This document shows positions 54,252 through 64,000 of a stretch of 64,000 bases of DNA, one piece after another (the first letter of the stretch is position 1; every line of letters begins with the position of its first letter). The stretch comes from Candidatus Omnitrophota bacterium. GTDB lineage: Bacteria > Omnitrophota > Gorgyraeia > Zapsychrales > JANLHA01. A program made the translations under genes and the position numbers. The DNA lies in assembly GCA_020632555.1 (NCBI GenBank), contig JACKFI010000002.1, positions 2,621 to 66,620 of the forward strand, given 5' to 3'. The notes beneath the pieces are model-generated. The model searched no databases and was not told where the DNA came from. It worked only from the letters and a program-made list of their open reading frames with translations.

Positions 54252-54926
54252 TTACGGTCGGTCGATAACCCCAGCTTCTTTAAACCCTCGGGCACGAATC
54301 AAACAACTGTCACACACGCCGCACGGTTTTTTACCGCCCGCATAACACGACCAGGTCAATTGATAAGGAACTTTGAGTTTGCGCCCTAAACGAATTATGC
54401 CGCCCTTGGTTTTGTGAATCAACGGCATATAAATTTTGATCGGCCGGCCGCCAACTCCTGTTTTCAATCCTCGCTTCATAGCCAATTGAAACGCTTGATA
54501 AAATTCCGGCCGGCAATCGGGATAACCTGAATAATCCACAGCATTAGCCCCAATAAAAATCGCATTGGCACCGACGGTCTCGGCATAAGAGGCAGCAAAA
54601 CTCAAAAAAATAAGATTGCGTGCCGCAACATAGGTCACAGGGATATTCTGTTTGTGAGCTATATCTTTACGATTCTTGGGTAAAGCAATTCTTTTATCCA
54701 GCAACGCGGATCCACCCCACGGCAAAGATATTTTGACCACGCGATATTCACTTTTCGCATAACGCGCCAACTTTTTGGCTTGCAAAATTTCCTTTGCATG
54801 TCTTTGACCGTAATCAAAAATCAAACAAAAAGTTTGATAGCCCTTAGCCTGGCTATCAAAAAGAGTGGTGGCGGAATCCAAACCGCCAGAAAGAAGAACA
54901 ATCGCTTTTTTACTCATCATTCCCAA
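54252..54926 (-). CDS. queC: 7-cyano-7-deazaguanine synthase
   Basis: KAIVLLSGGLDS (PP-loop) and a C-terminal zinc site C..C..C.C (SCYAGGKKPCGVCDSC). The true start is probably the MSKK at 54917. Confidence 0.92.
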   Translation of the reverse strand: MGMMSKKAIVLLSGGLDSATTLFDSQAKGYQTFCLIFDYGQRHAKEILQAKKLARYAKSEYRVVKISLPWGGSALLDKRIALPKNRKDIAHKQNIPVTYVAARNLIFLSFAASYAETVGANAIFIGANAVDYSGYPDCRPEFYQAFQLAMKRGLKTGVGGRPIKIYMPLIHKTKGGIIRLGRKLKVPYQLTWSCYAGGKKPCGVCDSCLIRARGFKEAGVIDRP

Positions 54927-55279
54927 TAGGTTACGCTAGAGGTCTCACTTTCCCAAACTCGAACGTGTTTCAGAATAAATGGAGCTGTCACCTTCGCGAA
55001 TTCCCGATAAATATATTGCGCAAGGTTCTCCGTCGATGGATTAACAGCTTGAAAAGAAGGCAGGTCATTGAGACACACATGATCGATGGGCATCAAAATT
55101 TCTTTTAAACGCTGTTTCATATCACGAAAATCCACCACCAAGCCAATCTCATTCAGTTTTTCCGACTGAATGGTCACTTCAACCTTCCATGTATGTCCAT
55201 GCAAATTCTTGCATGGGCCTTCATAATTTCTTAAAAAATGCGCGGACGCAAAATCTCCAGTAATCGATAACTCAAACAT
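54917..55279 (-). CDS. queD: 6-carboxy-5,6,7,8-tetrahydropterin synthase
   Basis: MFELSITGDFASAHFLRNYEGPCKNLHGHTWKVEV is the QueD/PTPS signature. Start set at 55279. Confidence 0.9.
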   Translation of the reverse strand: MFELSITGDFASAHFLRNYEGPCKNLHGHTWKVEVTIQSEKLNEIGLVVDFRDMKQRLKEILMPIDHVCLNDLPSFQAVNPSTENLAQYIYREFAKVTAPFILKHVRVWESETSSVTYWE

Positions 55280-56099
55280 GACATCTCTCCACATCTTGAA
55301 TGTCAAAACCTAAAAATCGCCGTGCCAGTTTCTGAAAATGGGCTGGTTCATCACTAACTAAAAATTGAACAGTGCCCTTGCGCGAGCCCGCATATCCAGC
55401 AGCTTTATTCGTTAAAACCGCGCGAACATCATGCACCACTTCTTCCGCGGAATCAACCAACTTAACTTTAACACCCAAAACTTTGCGTAATGTCGTTTTA
55501 AGCAAGGGATAATGCGTACAACCTAAAATCAAAGTGTCAATTTGAGATTGTCTCATTTTCTTTAAATACTCTTGAGCAATGGTCAAAGTAACCATTTTCG
55601 CGGACCACCCCTCTTCAATCAATGGAACAAACAACGGACACGCTTGCCCCAAAACCTTGATCGATGAATCTAACCGCGCAATTTCCTGCGGATACGCGTA
55701 ACTGTTGATCGTCGCAGGAGTCGCGATGATCCCCACTTTTTTATTCTTGGTTGCTTTCACTGCGGCCCGGCATCCCGGCTCAATCACGCCAATAATCGGC
55801 ACATCAAACGTTTCGCGCAAAGCAGCCAAAGCGTGACTTGATGATGAATTGCAAGCCACCACAATCATTTTAACTTGCCGCTTTAATAATAAAGCTACAT
55901 TCTCTTTAGAAAAACGAATAATCGACTCGCGTGATTTCGTTCCATAGGGAACACGTGCGGTGTCACCAAAATAAATAATATCCTCCTGCGGCAAGCGACG
56001 CATCAGCGCTTTAACCACCGTCAGACCGCCTAAGCCAGAATCAAAAACACCAATGGGCTGATTTCTATTTTTTGAACTCAACATAATAATATTTACCAA
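55272..56099 (-). CDS. murI: Glutamate racemase
   Basis: IGVFDSGLGGLTV, VVACNSSS and LGCTHYP contain the two catalytic Cys motifs. Confidence 0.92.
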   Translation of the reverse strand: MVNIIMLSSKNRNQPIGVFDSGLGGLTVVKALMRRLPQEDIIYFGDTARVPYGTKSRESIIRFSKENVALLLKRQVKMIVVACNSSSSHALAALRETFDVPIIGVIEPGCRAAVKATKNKKVGIIATPATINSYAYPQEIARLDSSIKVLGQACPLFVPLIEEGWSAKMVTLTIAQEYLKKMRQSQIDTLILGCTHYPLLKTTLRKVLGVKVKLVDSAEEVVHDVRAVLTNKAAGYAGSRKGTVQFLVSDEPAHFQKLARRFLGFDIQDVERCHV

Positions 56100-56142
56100 T
56101 ATCTACCACTGCCCTCTAACCACCAACCCTTAACCCCTGCCG

Positions 56143-57153
56143 TCACCTTGCCGAAAAACTGACCAAACTGGCAACAATACCATCAGCAATCCTTTGACGA
56201 TAATCTGGTTGCCGCAACATCAATTCTTCTTGAGAATTAGTCAAAAACCCAACCTCAACTAAAACCGCTGGAATCAAGGTATTGCGCAGAACATGAAATC
56301 CTGCCAGTTTAACCCCACGGCTATTGACTCTGGCTCCCAAACTGGTTCCTTTATTCACATACGCGGCCAATAACTGAGAATCAGAAACTTTATAATTATA
56401 CAGCATGTCTGCGATAATTGTTTCTAAGCTTGCATCGCCGCTCTTCATTTTCAAATTTCCATACAATAGACGTTGGTTCTTTAAACGCTGCGCATCGTGT
56501 TTTTCTGCACCCTCTAATTCTCTCAAAGCATACACCTCAATCCCATCAACGCTTCGGGAGGGACTGGAATTGGCATGAATACTAACAAAAAGATCCGCAT
56601 TGACACGCGTGGCAATTTCTGTTCGTTCTTCCAAAGAAATAAAAACGTCCCTATCGCGTGTCATTGTCACTTTAAAACCTTTTGTAATCAAACCGCGCTT
56701 AACTCTTTGCGCAATATCTAACGTTATACCTTTTTCTTCTGTGCCTCTGCGACCTAAAGCTCCCGGATCTTTACCACCATGTCCGGCATCAACAACAATT
56801 TGATATCCGGCCCGGCTAACAGTTTCAGAACCGGTAAGGCGCAAAATCACTTTTGACAAAAAATCTGCCGGCACAATCACGGTGCCCCGTTCACGACGTA
56901 AAACATCCGCTAAAAAAACTTTTTCCCCATCAACAACCACCACATTGCTTCCAACCATAGCCCTGGCTTCACGCCCAGCGCCCCGCAAATTGACAACTTG
57001 TGAAACATTATCCAAATAGGATTGCACATTATTCTGTTCACAAAGAACTTTCAAATCGCGCGAAGCCCCCGGCGCAATTGGAACAGTTTCACAACCTGCC
57101 GCTCCCAAAATAACAATTCCAGCAAAAAAATAAAATAAAAGTTTCTTCACCAT
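56143..57153 (-). CDS. N-acetylmuramoyl-L-alanine amidase (Amidase_3), probable lipoprotein
   Basis: Start set at MVKKLLFYFFAGIVILGAAGC (lipobox). VVDAGHGGKDPGA...SIHAN...GFL.N are the catalytic motifs. Confidence 0.85.
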   Translation of the reverse strand: MVKKLLFYFFAGIVILGAAGCETVPIAPGASRDLKVLCEQNNVQSYLDNVSQVVNLRGAGREARAMVGSNVVVVDGEKVFLADVLRRERGTVIVPADFLSKVILRLTGSETVSRAGYQIVVDAGHGGKDPGALGRRGTEEKGITLDIAQRVKRGLITKGFKVTMTRDRDVFISLEERTEIATRVNADLFVSIHANSSPSRSVDGIEVYALRELEGAEKHDAQRLKNQRLLYGNLKMKSGDASLETIIADMLYNYKVSDSQLLAAYVNKGTSLGARVNSRGVKLAGFHVLRNTLIPAVLVEVGFLTNSQEELMLRQPDYRQRIADGIVASLVSFSAR

Positions 57154-57297
57154 ATGGGAATTAAACCTATTATTGATCGTCCATATTTTCATTAACCAAG
57201 GGCTCATTATAACAGCATTTATTAAAAAGAAAATGATCCTCCAACATTCTGTCCAACATTCTTAAACCAAAACATTTCTGATTTCCCCGATGCTCTT

Positions 57298-57846
57298 TCA
57301 TAAAAGACAATGCCGCAAATAATACCCAACAATCCCAAACGCAATACCAACATTTAAAGAATTCTTCTGTCCGGCCATTTCAATTTCAATCGATGCATCC
57401 GCCAATTTGACCAAATCTTCAGAAACTCCCTCAATCTCATTTCCCAAAACCAAACACAGCGGTGCCTTAGGCAAAAACTTGTGGTAAGAAACACTGTGAT
57501 CTGTCTGTTCAACTAAAACAATTTGATAACCTTGTTTTCTAAGGTCCGCAATCACAGCTGACGCATCATAGGAATGTTCCCAAGGCACAGAAGTTTCAGC
57601 ACCCAGAGCCGTCTTGGAAATTTGTGAATCCGGCGGGTAACCGGTAATACCACACAACCAAATCTTTTCAACACCAATCCCGTCAGCCGTCCGAAAAACA
57701 GACCCCACATTATGTAAACTGCGAATATTGTCAAGCAGAACTGTCAAAGCCAAAGGTTTTTGAACCTGCGCCACCTGTCGCGCGACAATCTCATTGTGGG
57801 ATAATTTTCTCATAAGCGATAAGGGGGATGACCAAAATTTGGTCAC
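57298..57846 (-). CDS. SpoU/TrmH-family RNA 2'-O-methyltransferase
   Basis: LLDNIRSLHNVGSVFRTADG, LVLGNEIEGVS and SLNVGIAFGI are SPOUT motifs 1 to 3. Confidence 0.85.
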   Translation of the reverse strand: MTKFWSSPLSLMRKLSHNEIVARQVAQVQKPLALTVLLDNIRSLHNVGSVFRTADGIGVEKIWLCGITGYPPDSQISKTALGAETSVPWEHSYDASAVIADLRKQGYQIVLVEQTDHSVSYHKFLPKAPLCLVLGNEIEGVSEDLVKLADASIEIEMAGQKNSLNVGIAFGIVGYYLRHCLL

Positions 57847-57896
57847 CCCCCAATCATAATTTCTAGACTCTTATAACAATTTTAAAATCCTAACGT

Positions 57897-58922
<1,026 letters not shown>

Positions 58923-59030
58923 TTACTGTTGTTAAATAAATGTTCAATCCGCCAAAAAACATTGCTTTAAAAATCTTAAGGGTGTTTGTCTAGACGACGT
59001 TTTGCCCCGTGTGTTTAAACACGTGCAAAA

Positions 59031-60035
59031 TCACGTAACCGCGCCGCGCAAACATTCAGCGGCAACCGAAGGGGCGGTACGAACAACATAAAACCCTGTT
59101 CCCCACTCAAACCCAGCCACACGGGTCAGTTGCGGAACAATTTCAATATGCCAATGATAGCTCTGCGGATTTTCATAATTCACCGGAGCCACGTGCAGAT
59201 AAAAATTATATGACGGATCTGACAAACATATCTTCATCCGCAATAAAACATCTTTAAGAATCTGCGCCAATTGATAACGTTGCGTATCCTGCATGGTAAC
59301 AAAATCAATTCCATGCTCTTTGGGAAAAATCCAACTCTCAAACGGAAATCGCGGCACAAACGGACAAAAACTTAAGAAATCGTCATTGCTGGTAATCATC
59401 CGACGCTGGTCTTGATATTCTTGTTGAATCATATCACAAAACACGCAACGTCCGCGAAAATCATAATACTTTTGCGCGCCATCTAATTCTTCAGCCACAT
59501 ATTTGGGCACCATGGGCAAAGCAATAATCTGACTATGAGCATGCTCCAGCGAAGCCCCCGCAGACTGCCCATAATTCTTAAAGATCATGATATATTTAAA
59601 ACGCTTATCCCGCGCTAAACTCATCGAACGATTCTGATAAAGCTTAATAACATTAACCACTTCTTCAATTGAATAATCCGCAAAATTCTTATGATGATCC
59701 GGCGTTTCGATCAAAACTTCATGCGCTCCAACCCCATTGGTCATATCATAAAGGCCCACTCCGCGACGATCCAACGCGCCTTCAATACGCAAAGCCGGAA
59801 ATTTATTGGGAACAACACGCGATAACCACCCTGGCGCGTTCGGGGCATAAGCTCCCGGACGAATCGCATCAACTTCCGGCGGAGTTTGCCCTTCCCGTCC
59901 ATTACAAAATTGACAAAATGCTCCCTTTTTAGTAAGGTGCGATTCTTTTTCATAATCCGCCGGCCCTAAAGATTTATCTCTTTGTTCCACAATCACCCAA
60001 CGGCCAATAACCGGATCACGTCTGACTTGAGCCAT
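59031..60035 (-). CDS. galT: GalT-like HIT-family nucleotidyltransferase (galactose-1-phosphate uridylyltransferase family) with an intact HxHxQ
   Basis: Start set at MAQVRRDPVIGRWVIV, whose ATG overlaps the upstream stop (TAATG). CQFC zinc motif and active site LEHAHSQIIALP. Confidence 0.8.
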   Translation of the reverse strand: MAQVRRDPVIGRWVIVEQRDKSLGPADYEKESHLTKKGAFCQFCNGREGQTPPEVDAIRPGAYAPNAPGWLSRVVPNKFPALRIEGALDRRGVGLYDMTNGVGAHEVLIETPDHHKNFADYSIEEVVNVIKLYQNRSMSLARDKRFKYIMIFKNYGQSAGASLEHAHSQIIALPMVPKYVAEELDGAQKYYDFRGRCVFCDMIQQEYQDQRRMITSNDDFLSFCPFVPRFPFESWIFPKEHGIDFVTMQDTQRYQLAQILKDVLLRMKICLSDPSYNFYLHVAPVNYENPQSYHWHIEIVPQLTRVAGFEWGTGFYVVRTAPSVAAECLRGAVT

Positions 60036-61036
60036 TAGATTTGAACCTCCCGCAAAAACTCCGCGACATTTTCCGGCGGAATCGATGAAATATAAAATCC
60101 AGAACCTTTTTCGAATCCCGCGACTCTGGTCAAGCGAGGCGAAACTTCTATATGCCAATGATAATCGTCAGCCAGGGTTTTCCACTTTGTTCCCGTGTTA
60201 CCATGACGAAACGGCGCCGATTGAATCACATAATTATACGCCGGATCATCCAATCCCACTTTTAACTTAGTCAAAACAATTTTCATCATTTTAGCCAAAT
60301 CATGCTCTTGTCCAACAACCCCTTTAGCAAAATCGCAATCATGCTTTTTAGGCAAAATCCAAATCTCAAAAACAAAACGCGGAGCAAACGGAGACATCGC
60401 GACAAAATGCTCAGTTTCGGCAATGATTCGAACTTTGGCCTCGAGTTCTTGCTGAATCATATCGCAATACAAACATCGCTCCCGATAATTATAATATTTC
60501 TTGGCCCCATCAAGTTTTTGTTTAGCGCTAAACGGATTGACAGAAGTCGCAATAATTTGCGAACGAGAATGTCCGATACGACGAGAACCAGCGGCCCAAC
60601 CATAATTCTTATACGCGATCACATATTGAAAACTCGGATCTTTCGCCAATTCATTGTAACGAATAGCATACGTCTCAAAAACCAAACGGATCTGATCTTG
60701 ACTCAAATCTGCCATATTCGCAATATGGTCCGGCGTTTCAATAACCACCTCATGCGTCCCATAATCATTAACCACATCATACAACCCATGCCCTTTACGA
60801 TGAAATTTACCATCGTTTAACAAAAGCGGTGTCCCACTTTGCACAACCTTAACTCGATGAGCTAAATCACCTTGCGGATAAGAAAGAATCTGTGGATCCT
60901 GATTATGACAAAAGGAACAATCGCCCGAATCAAAAATGTTTTTTTGTGAATCAAAAAAAACACCAGGCCGTCTGGCCCTTTCGGTGGCGATAATAACCCA
61001 ACGCCCAATAACTGGATCTTTTCGTAATTCTGGCAT
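60035..61036 (-). CDS. GalT-like paralog with the nucleophile His replaced (HSRSQ)
   Basis: MPELRKDPVIGRWVIIA and CSFC. The position aligned with HAHSQ reads GHSRSQIIAT. Confidence 0.75.
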   Translation of the reverse strand: MPELRKDPVIGRWVIIATERARRPGVFFDSQKNIFDSGDCSFCHNQDPQILSYPQGDLAHRVKVVQSGTPLLLNDGKFHRKGHGLYDVVNDYGTHEVVIETPDHIANMADLSQDQIRLVFETYAIRYNELAKDPSFQYVIAYKNYGWAAGSRRIGHSRSQIIATSVNPFSAKQKLDGAKKYYNYRERCLYCDMIQQELEAKVRIIAETEHFVAMSPFAPRFVFEIWILPKKHDCDFAKGVVGQEHDLAKMMKIVLTKLKVGLDDPAYNYVIQSAPFRHGNTGTKWKTLADDYHWHIEVSPRLTRVAGFEKGSGFYISSIPPENVAEFLREVQI

Positions 61037-61090
61037 ATGTTTGAATAAAAAATTATCTATTAAACGAAATTTTGCTGATTAAGATTAGGG

Positions 61091-61118
61091 ATTATACCAC
61101 AATGCTCCTAGGGTGCAA
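61091..61118 (-). promoter_or_regulatory. Sigma70-like promoter (extended -10) of the GalT-like operon
   Basis: The minus strand reads TTGCAC (61113..61118), a 16-nt spacer ending TGG, then TATAAT (61091..61096). Confidence 0.5.
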
Positions 61119-61134
61119 ATCATTCTCCGTATTC

Positions 61135-62559
61135 TGTCCAGCCAAATTAAAAATGTCCTAGTTTAACCAAATTAAAAATGTCCTAATTTTAGAAGTTTCG
61201 TAAGCTCCCTTTGAGCTTAAACCCGTTGCGCCAATATGACCCCCTAGGCGGCACATATCGCGGCAATCTTTTGACCTTTTTGACAACGGCAACCTTAACC
61301 TCTGGCTGCGGCCGTTGGTCTATCGGTTTAAACGCTAATGGCTGCTTCCCATACTTGATCGCCAGCCGGCCATTTAAATACTCAAAAACTACCACCTGCC
61401 GAGCCCGCGTTTTATCTGTCACCTGATACAACCGGCGTTCATGCAACACGGTTCGGTCATTGCGTAACACATGCCCTGTCTGTACGGACAATATCTCGTC
61501 GAGTTTAACGCTCTTATCAATCGGCCGATGCATATCACCCAACAACCGCGCTACTACCCTAAAGCGCTTATTAAACTTCGGCAAATACGTTTTTAAGAAT
61601 GCGTTGGCTTCTTCACAACTCTTAATCCCGGCCAACCGCATCTCTTTAACCAACCGGTCTTGCAATGTCTTAAAAACACGCTCGATGCGTCCCTTGGCCT
61701 GCGGACTATGCGCATGAATAACTTCGATCCCAAGTTGCTTGCATGCTCGCTCAAACTGCGTCAGCTCTTCTTTGTCCTCAAAATCCCAATTCGCATAGCG
61801 ATATCTTTTCTTAGCATTGCTTTTATACGTCGCATGCTTATCAAGATACAATTGCACCGGCAATCCATACTTCTGGGCGTAAGACTTTAACCCGCCCATC
61901 GCCGGTTTGGTCCCCTCATACTCAAAGAACAACCCATCAAAATTACTCGTTGCGTCGTCGATAAATCCCATCAAGACCAACTTCGGTCCTCGGTCTTCCA
62001 GCCAAAGATGATGACTCCCGTCCATCTGCACCATTTGCCCAAACCGTTCCTTACGGGCTCGCCAACTGCGCTCTTTAACTTTTCGACGCTTGCCCTCATG
62101 CCATAATCCTTCTGCTATCAGCCACAGCCGCAATGTCTCATCACTAATCTTAATATGATCTAATTCCCAAAGTTTCTCGCTGGCTAAAAGTGGACCAAAT
62201 CCCTTGTATCGCTCACGGTACAAACCCAAAATCCTTTCACGTACCGCTTTGGCAACACTACGCCGTCCTTTGCATCCTCGCGATCGGTGGATGACTCCGC
62301 GTTCTCCTTCCTTGCGTACCCGTCGGACAATCCGCCTAATCTGTCGATCACTTAATTCTAAGATCTCGGACGCTTCCTGCTGGTTAATACTTTTGTCAAA
62401 GACCTTCCCAATAATTTGATAACGCTTTATCTCCTTTGACCTTACCATCATCATGTCCTCTCTGTGAACCATAACGCCTCCTTTATTGCGTTATGGTAGG
62501 TTATCAGATTAGGACATTTTTATTTTGGTCAATTAGGACATTATCATTTTGGGGTTACA
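61135..62559 (-). mobile_element. ISNCY-like insertion sequence, copy 2 (1425 bp, inverted), with a 15-bp target duplication
   Basis: Same termini and encoded protein as copy 1. Flanked by TCATTCTCCGTATTC at 61120..61134 and 62560..62574. Confidence 0.9.
61189..62472 (-). CDS. DDE (rve-type) transposase, identical to 46969..48252
   Basis: The 427-aa translation is identical to copy 1. Confidence 0.7.
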   Translation of the reverse strand: MVHREDMMMVRSKEIKRYQIIGKVFDKSINQQEASEILELSDRQIRRIVRRVRKEGERGVIHRSRGCKGRRSVAKAVRERILGLYRERYKGFGPLLASEKLWELDHIKISDETLRLWLIAEGLWHEGKRRKVKERSWRARKERFGQMVQMDGSHHLWLEDRGPKLVLMGFIDDATSNFDGLFFEYEGTKPAMGGLKSYAQKYGLPVQLYLDKHATYKSNAKKRYRYANWDFEDKEELTQFERACKQLGIEVIHAHSPQAKGRIERVFKTLQDRLVKEMRLAGIKSCEEANAFLKTYLPKFNKRFRVVARLLGDMHRPIDKSVKLDEILSVQTGHVLRNDRTVLHERRLYQVTDKTRARQVVVFEYLNGRLAIKYGKQPLAFKPIDQRPQPEVKVAVVKKVKRLPRYVPPRGSYWRNGFKLKGSLRNF

Positions 62560-62609
62560 TCATTCTCCGTATTCTCCGTTTTCTGATCGCGCCTGAAAAT
62601 CATAAAACC

Positions 62610-62987
62610 TTATGTTGACAATGCTTTTTCAATAGCGGCAACAATCTTTTCAATTTGATAAGGTTTGGTAAAATAATCTGACACTCCCGCCACTTTAAAT
62701 AAAGAATCCAAATTCTCATTGGCTGTCAACATAATCACGGGAATCTTGGCATATTCCTTTTGCGACTGTAATTCTTGAACAAATGTGTAACCATCAATCT
62801 TGGGCATCTTAATATCAAGAATAATCAAATCAGGCTTGCCTTCTGCGACTTGCTTGAGACCTTGTTCACCATCGCCAGCCTCTAAAACCTGATAATGATA
62901 ATTTTCTAAATGCTGACTTAAAACTTTTAACAAATCTGGTTCGTCTTCAACAATCAGTATCTTTTTCACCAGTTCCTCCTTGTTCAC
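62610..62987 (-). CDS. Single-domain response regulator (CheY-like receiver)
   Basis: KILIVEDEPDL...DLIILDIKMPKIDG...PVIMLTA...K is the receiver D-D-D-T-K pattern. Confidence 0.88.
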   Translation of the reverse strand: MNKEELVKKILIVEDEPDLLKVLSQHLENYHYQVLEAGDGEQGLKQVAEGKPDLIILDIKMPKIDGYTFVQELQSQKEYAKIPVIMLTANENLDSLFKVAGVSDYFTKPYQIEKIVAAIEKALST

Positions 62988-62988
62988 T

Positions 62989-63390
62989 TTAAGGTAACTG
63001 CAACAATATCTTCATTTTTCTATTAACCTGTGCCCAGTCCAATGGCTTTACAAAAAAAGCATCTGCTCCACAATCGATGGCTTTTTGCCTAAAAACAGAT
63101 TCCTTTAATGCGCTCACAGCAATAATTGGAATATGTTGAGTTTTTTGTGATTCTTTAAGCAAGGCACATACTTTAAAACCATTAAACCGCGGAATCATCA
63201 TATCTAATAAAACCAAATCAGGAATATTTTTCTTCACTAAATTCAACGCCGTCTGACCATCACCAACGGATTCAACATGAAACCCCATAATCTTCAGACG
63301 AACAATATAAGAAATTTGCAAATCCGGTTCATCCTCAACCAATAATATTTTTTTATTAACTTTGTCCGATAAATTCATAATTGAAATCAC
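62989..63390 (-). CDS. Single-domain response regulator (CheY-like receiver)
   Basis: KILLVEDEPDL...DLVLLDMMIPRFNG...PIIAVSA...FFVKP. Confidence 0.88.
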   Translation of the reverse strand: MISIMNLSDKVNKKILLVEDEPDLQISYIVRLKIMGFHVESVGDGQTALNLVKKNIPDLVLLDMMIPRFNGFKVCALLKESQKTQHIPIIAVSALKESVFRQKAIDCGADAFFVKPLDWAQVNRKMKILLQLP

Positions 63391-64000
63391 CCCACTGGTA
63401 AATCAAATTGAAAATTTGACCCTTGCCCCCACTGCGATTGAGCCCAAATCTTGCCTTTATGTTGTTCGATAATTTCCTTACAAATCACCAACCCTAAACC
63501 GGTGCCGCCAATACGCCGACTTTCATCACCCAATTGCTGAAAACTCATAAACAAACGACTCATATTCTCAGCTTGAATCCCTATCCCGGTATCTCTAACT
63601 TGAACATGAATACAATTATCTTTCAATGCCGACGATATCGTAATGGAACCCTGATCGGTATTTCTCACCGCATTATTAACCAAATTGGTTAAAACCTGCA
63701 CAATTTTATCACGATCCATCATAATGGCAGGAATGTCAGACTGCAAGTCTAAATCAAAAACTAAAGATTTCTTAGCCACAAAACTTGTCATTGTACCATA
63801 AACATCACGAATAACTTCATTCATATCATACCGGCTAAAATTCATTTCCAAAGTATCGCTTTGCATTCTTTGAAAGTCCAAAACATCATTAATCAAACGG
63901 CTCAATCGCTCAACATTTCGTCTCGACAAATCCAAAAATTGTTTTTGCTTAACATTAATCTCCCCCAAAGATCCATCAATCACCAAATTGATTCCCTCTT
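63387..64000 (-). CDS. Sensor histidine kinase, C-terminal part (5' end lies outside the window)
   Basis: HATPase_c N, G1 and G2 boxes: LTNLVNNAVRNT, VRDTGIGI, GGTGLGLVICKEI. Only the distal DHp helix is present and the phospho-acceptor His box is not in the window. Confidence 0.85.
   Translation of the reverse strand, partial: EGINLVIDGSLGEINVKQKQFLDLSRRNVERLSRLINDVLDFQRMQSDTLEMNFSRYDMNEVIRDVYGTMTSFVAKKSLVFDLDLQSDIPAIMMDRDKIVQVLTNLVNNAVRNTDQGSITISSALKDNCIHVQVRDTGIGIQAENMSRLFMSFQQLGDESRRIGGTGLGLVICKEIIEQHKGKIWAQSQWGQGSNFQFDLPVG

Overview
This 64-kb window comes from a low-GC bacterial chromosome.

**Genomic island (53..44209).** The left 44 kb is an island inserted in a tRNA-Pro(UGG) gene and bounded by a perfect 40-bp direct repeat. 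Almost all of its genes are on the minus strand. It contains four parts:
- An integration and replication module resembling a P4/PICI-type satellite: tyrosine integrase, RHH protein, AlpA/Xis-type HTH, TOPRIM/P-loop primase-helicase, iteron-like repeats and a SpoVG-like protein.
- A SIR2-HerA anti-phage gene pair.
- About 24 kb of metal-resistance genes. These include a CopA-type ATPase, a second P1B ATPase with CSC in place of CPC, and CusCBA-like and CzcCBA-like RND systems. There is also an ECF sigma and a putative anti-sigma separated by three CusF-like paralogs, an SmtB/ArsR regulator, a P-II protein, DUF302, and many YHS/TRASH, Met-, His- and Cys-rich small proteins.
- An arsR-arsM-arsD-arsA-acr3-arsC-arsC operon split by an IS3-family element. 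A second IS3 element lies between the defence and copper modules.

**Core chromosome (44210..64000).** Genes here are a fused membrane/spermidine-synthase-like protein, an AsmA-like protein, rdgB, rph, queFECD, murI, an amidase, a TrmH-type methyltransferase, gap, two tandem GalT-like genes, two response regulators and a truncated histidine kinase. Two identical inverted 1425-bp ISNCY-like copies are inserted here, each with its own 15-bp target duplication.

**Most notable observations.**
- The island duplicates the 5' half of the tRNA rather than the 3' half.
- A promoter-like module occurs three times in the island, beside heptamer repeats phased at 11 bp.
- There are candidate arm-type att sites.
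- A 30-codon Cys-rich peptide gene follows the SmtB/ArsR regulator.
- A 120-nt three-way-junction element of unknown function lies between the arsenic and czc modules.
- Both ISNCY-like copies sit 1 bp upstream of a -35 hexamer.

All family assignments come from reading motifs by eye. No database search was run.
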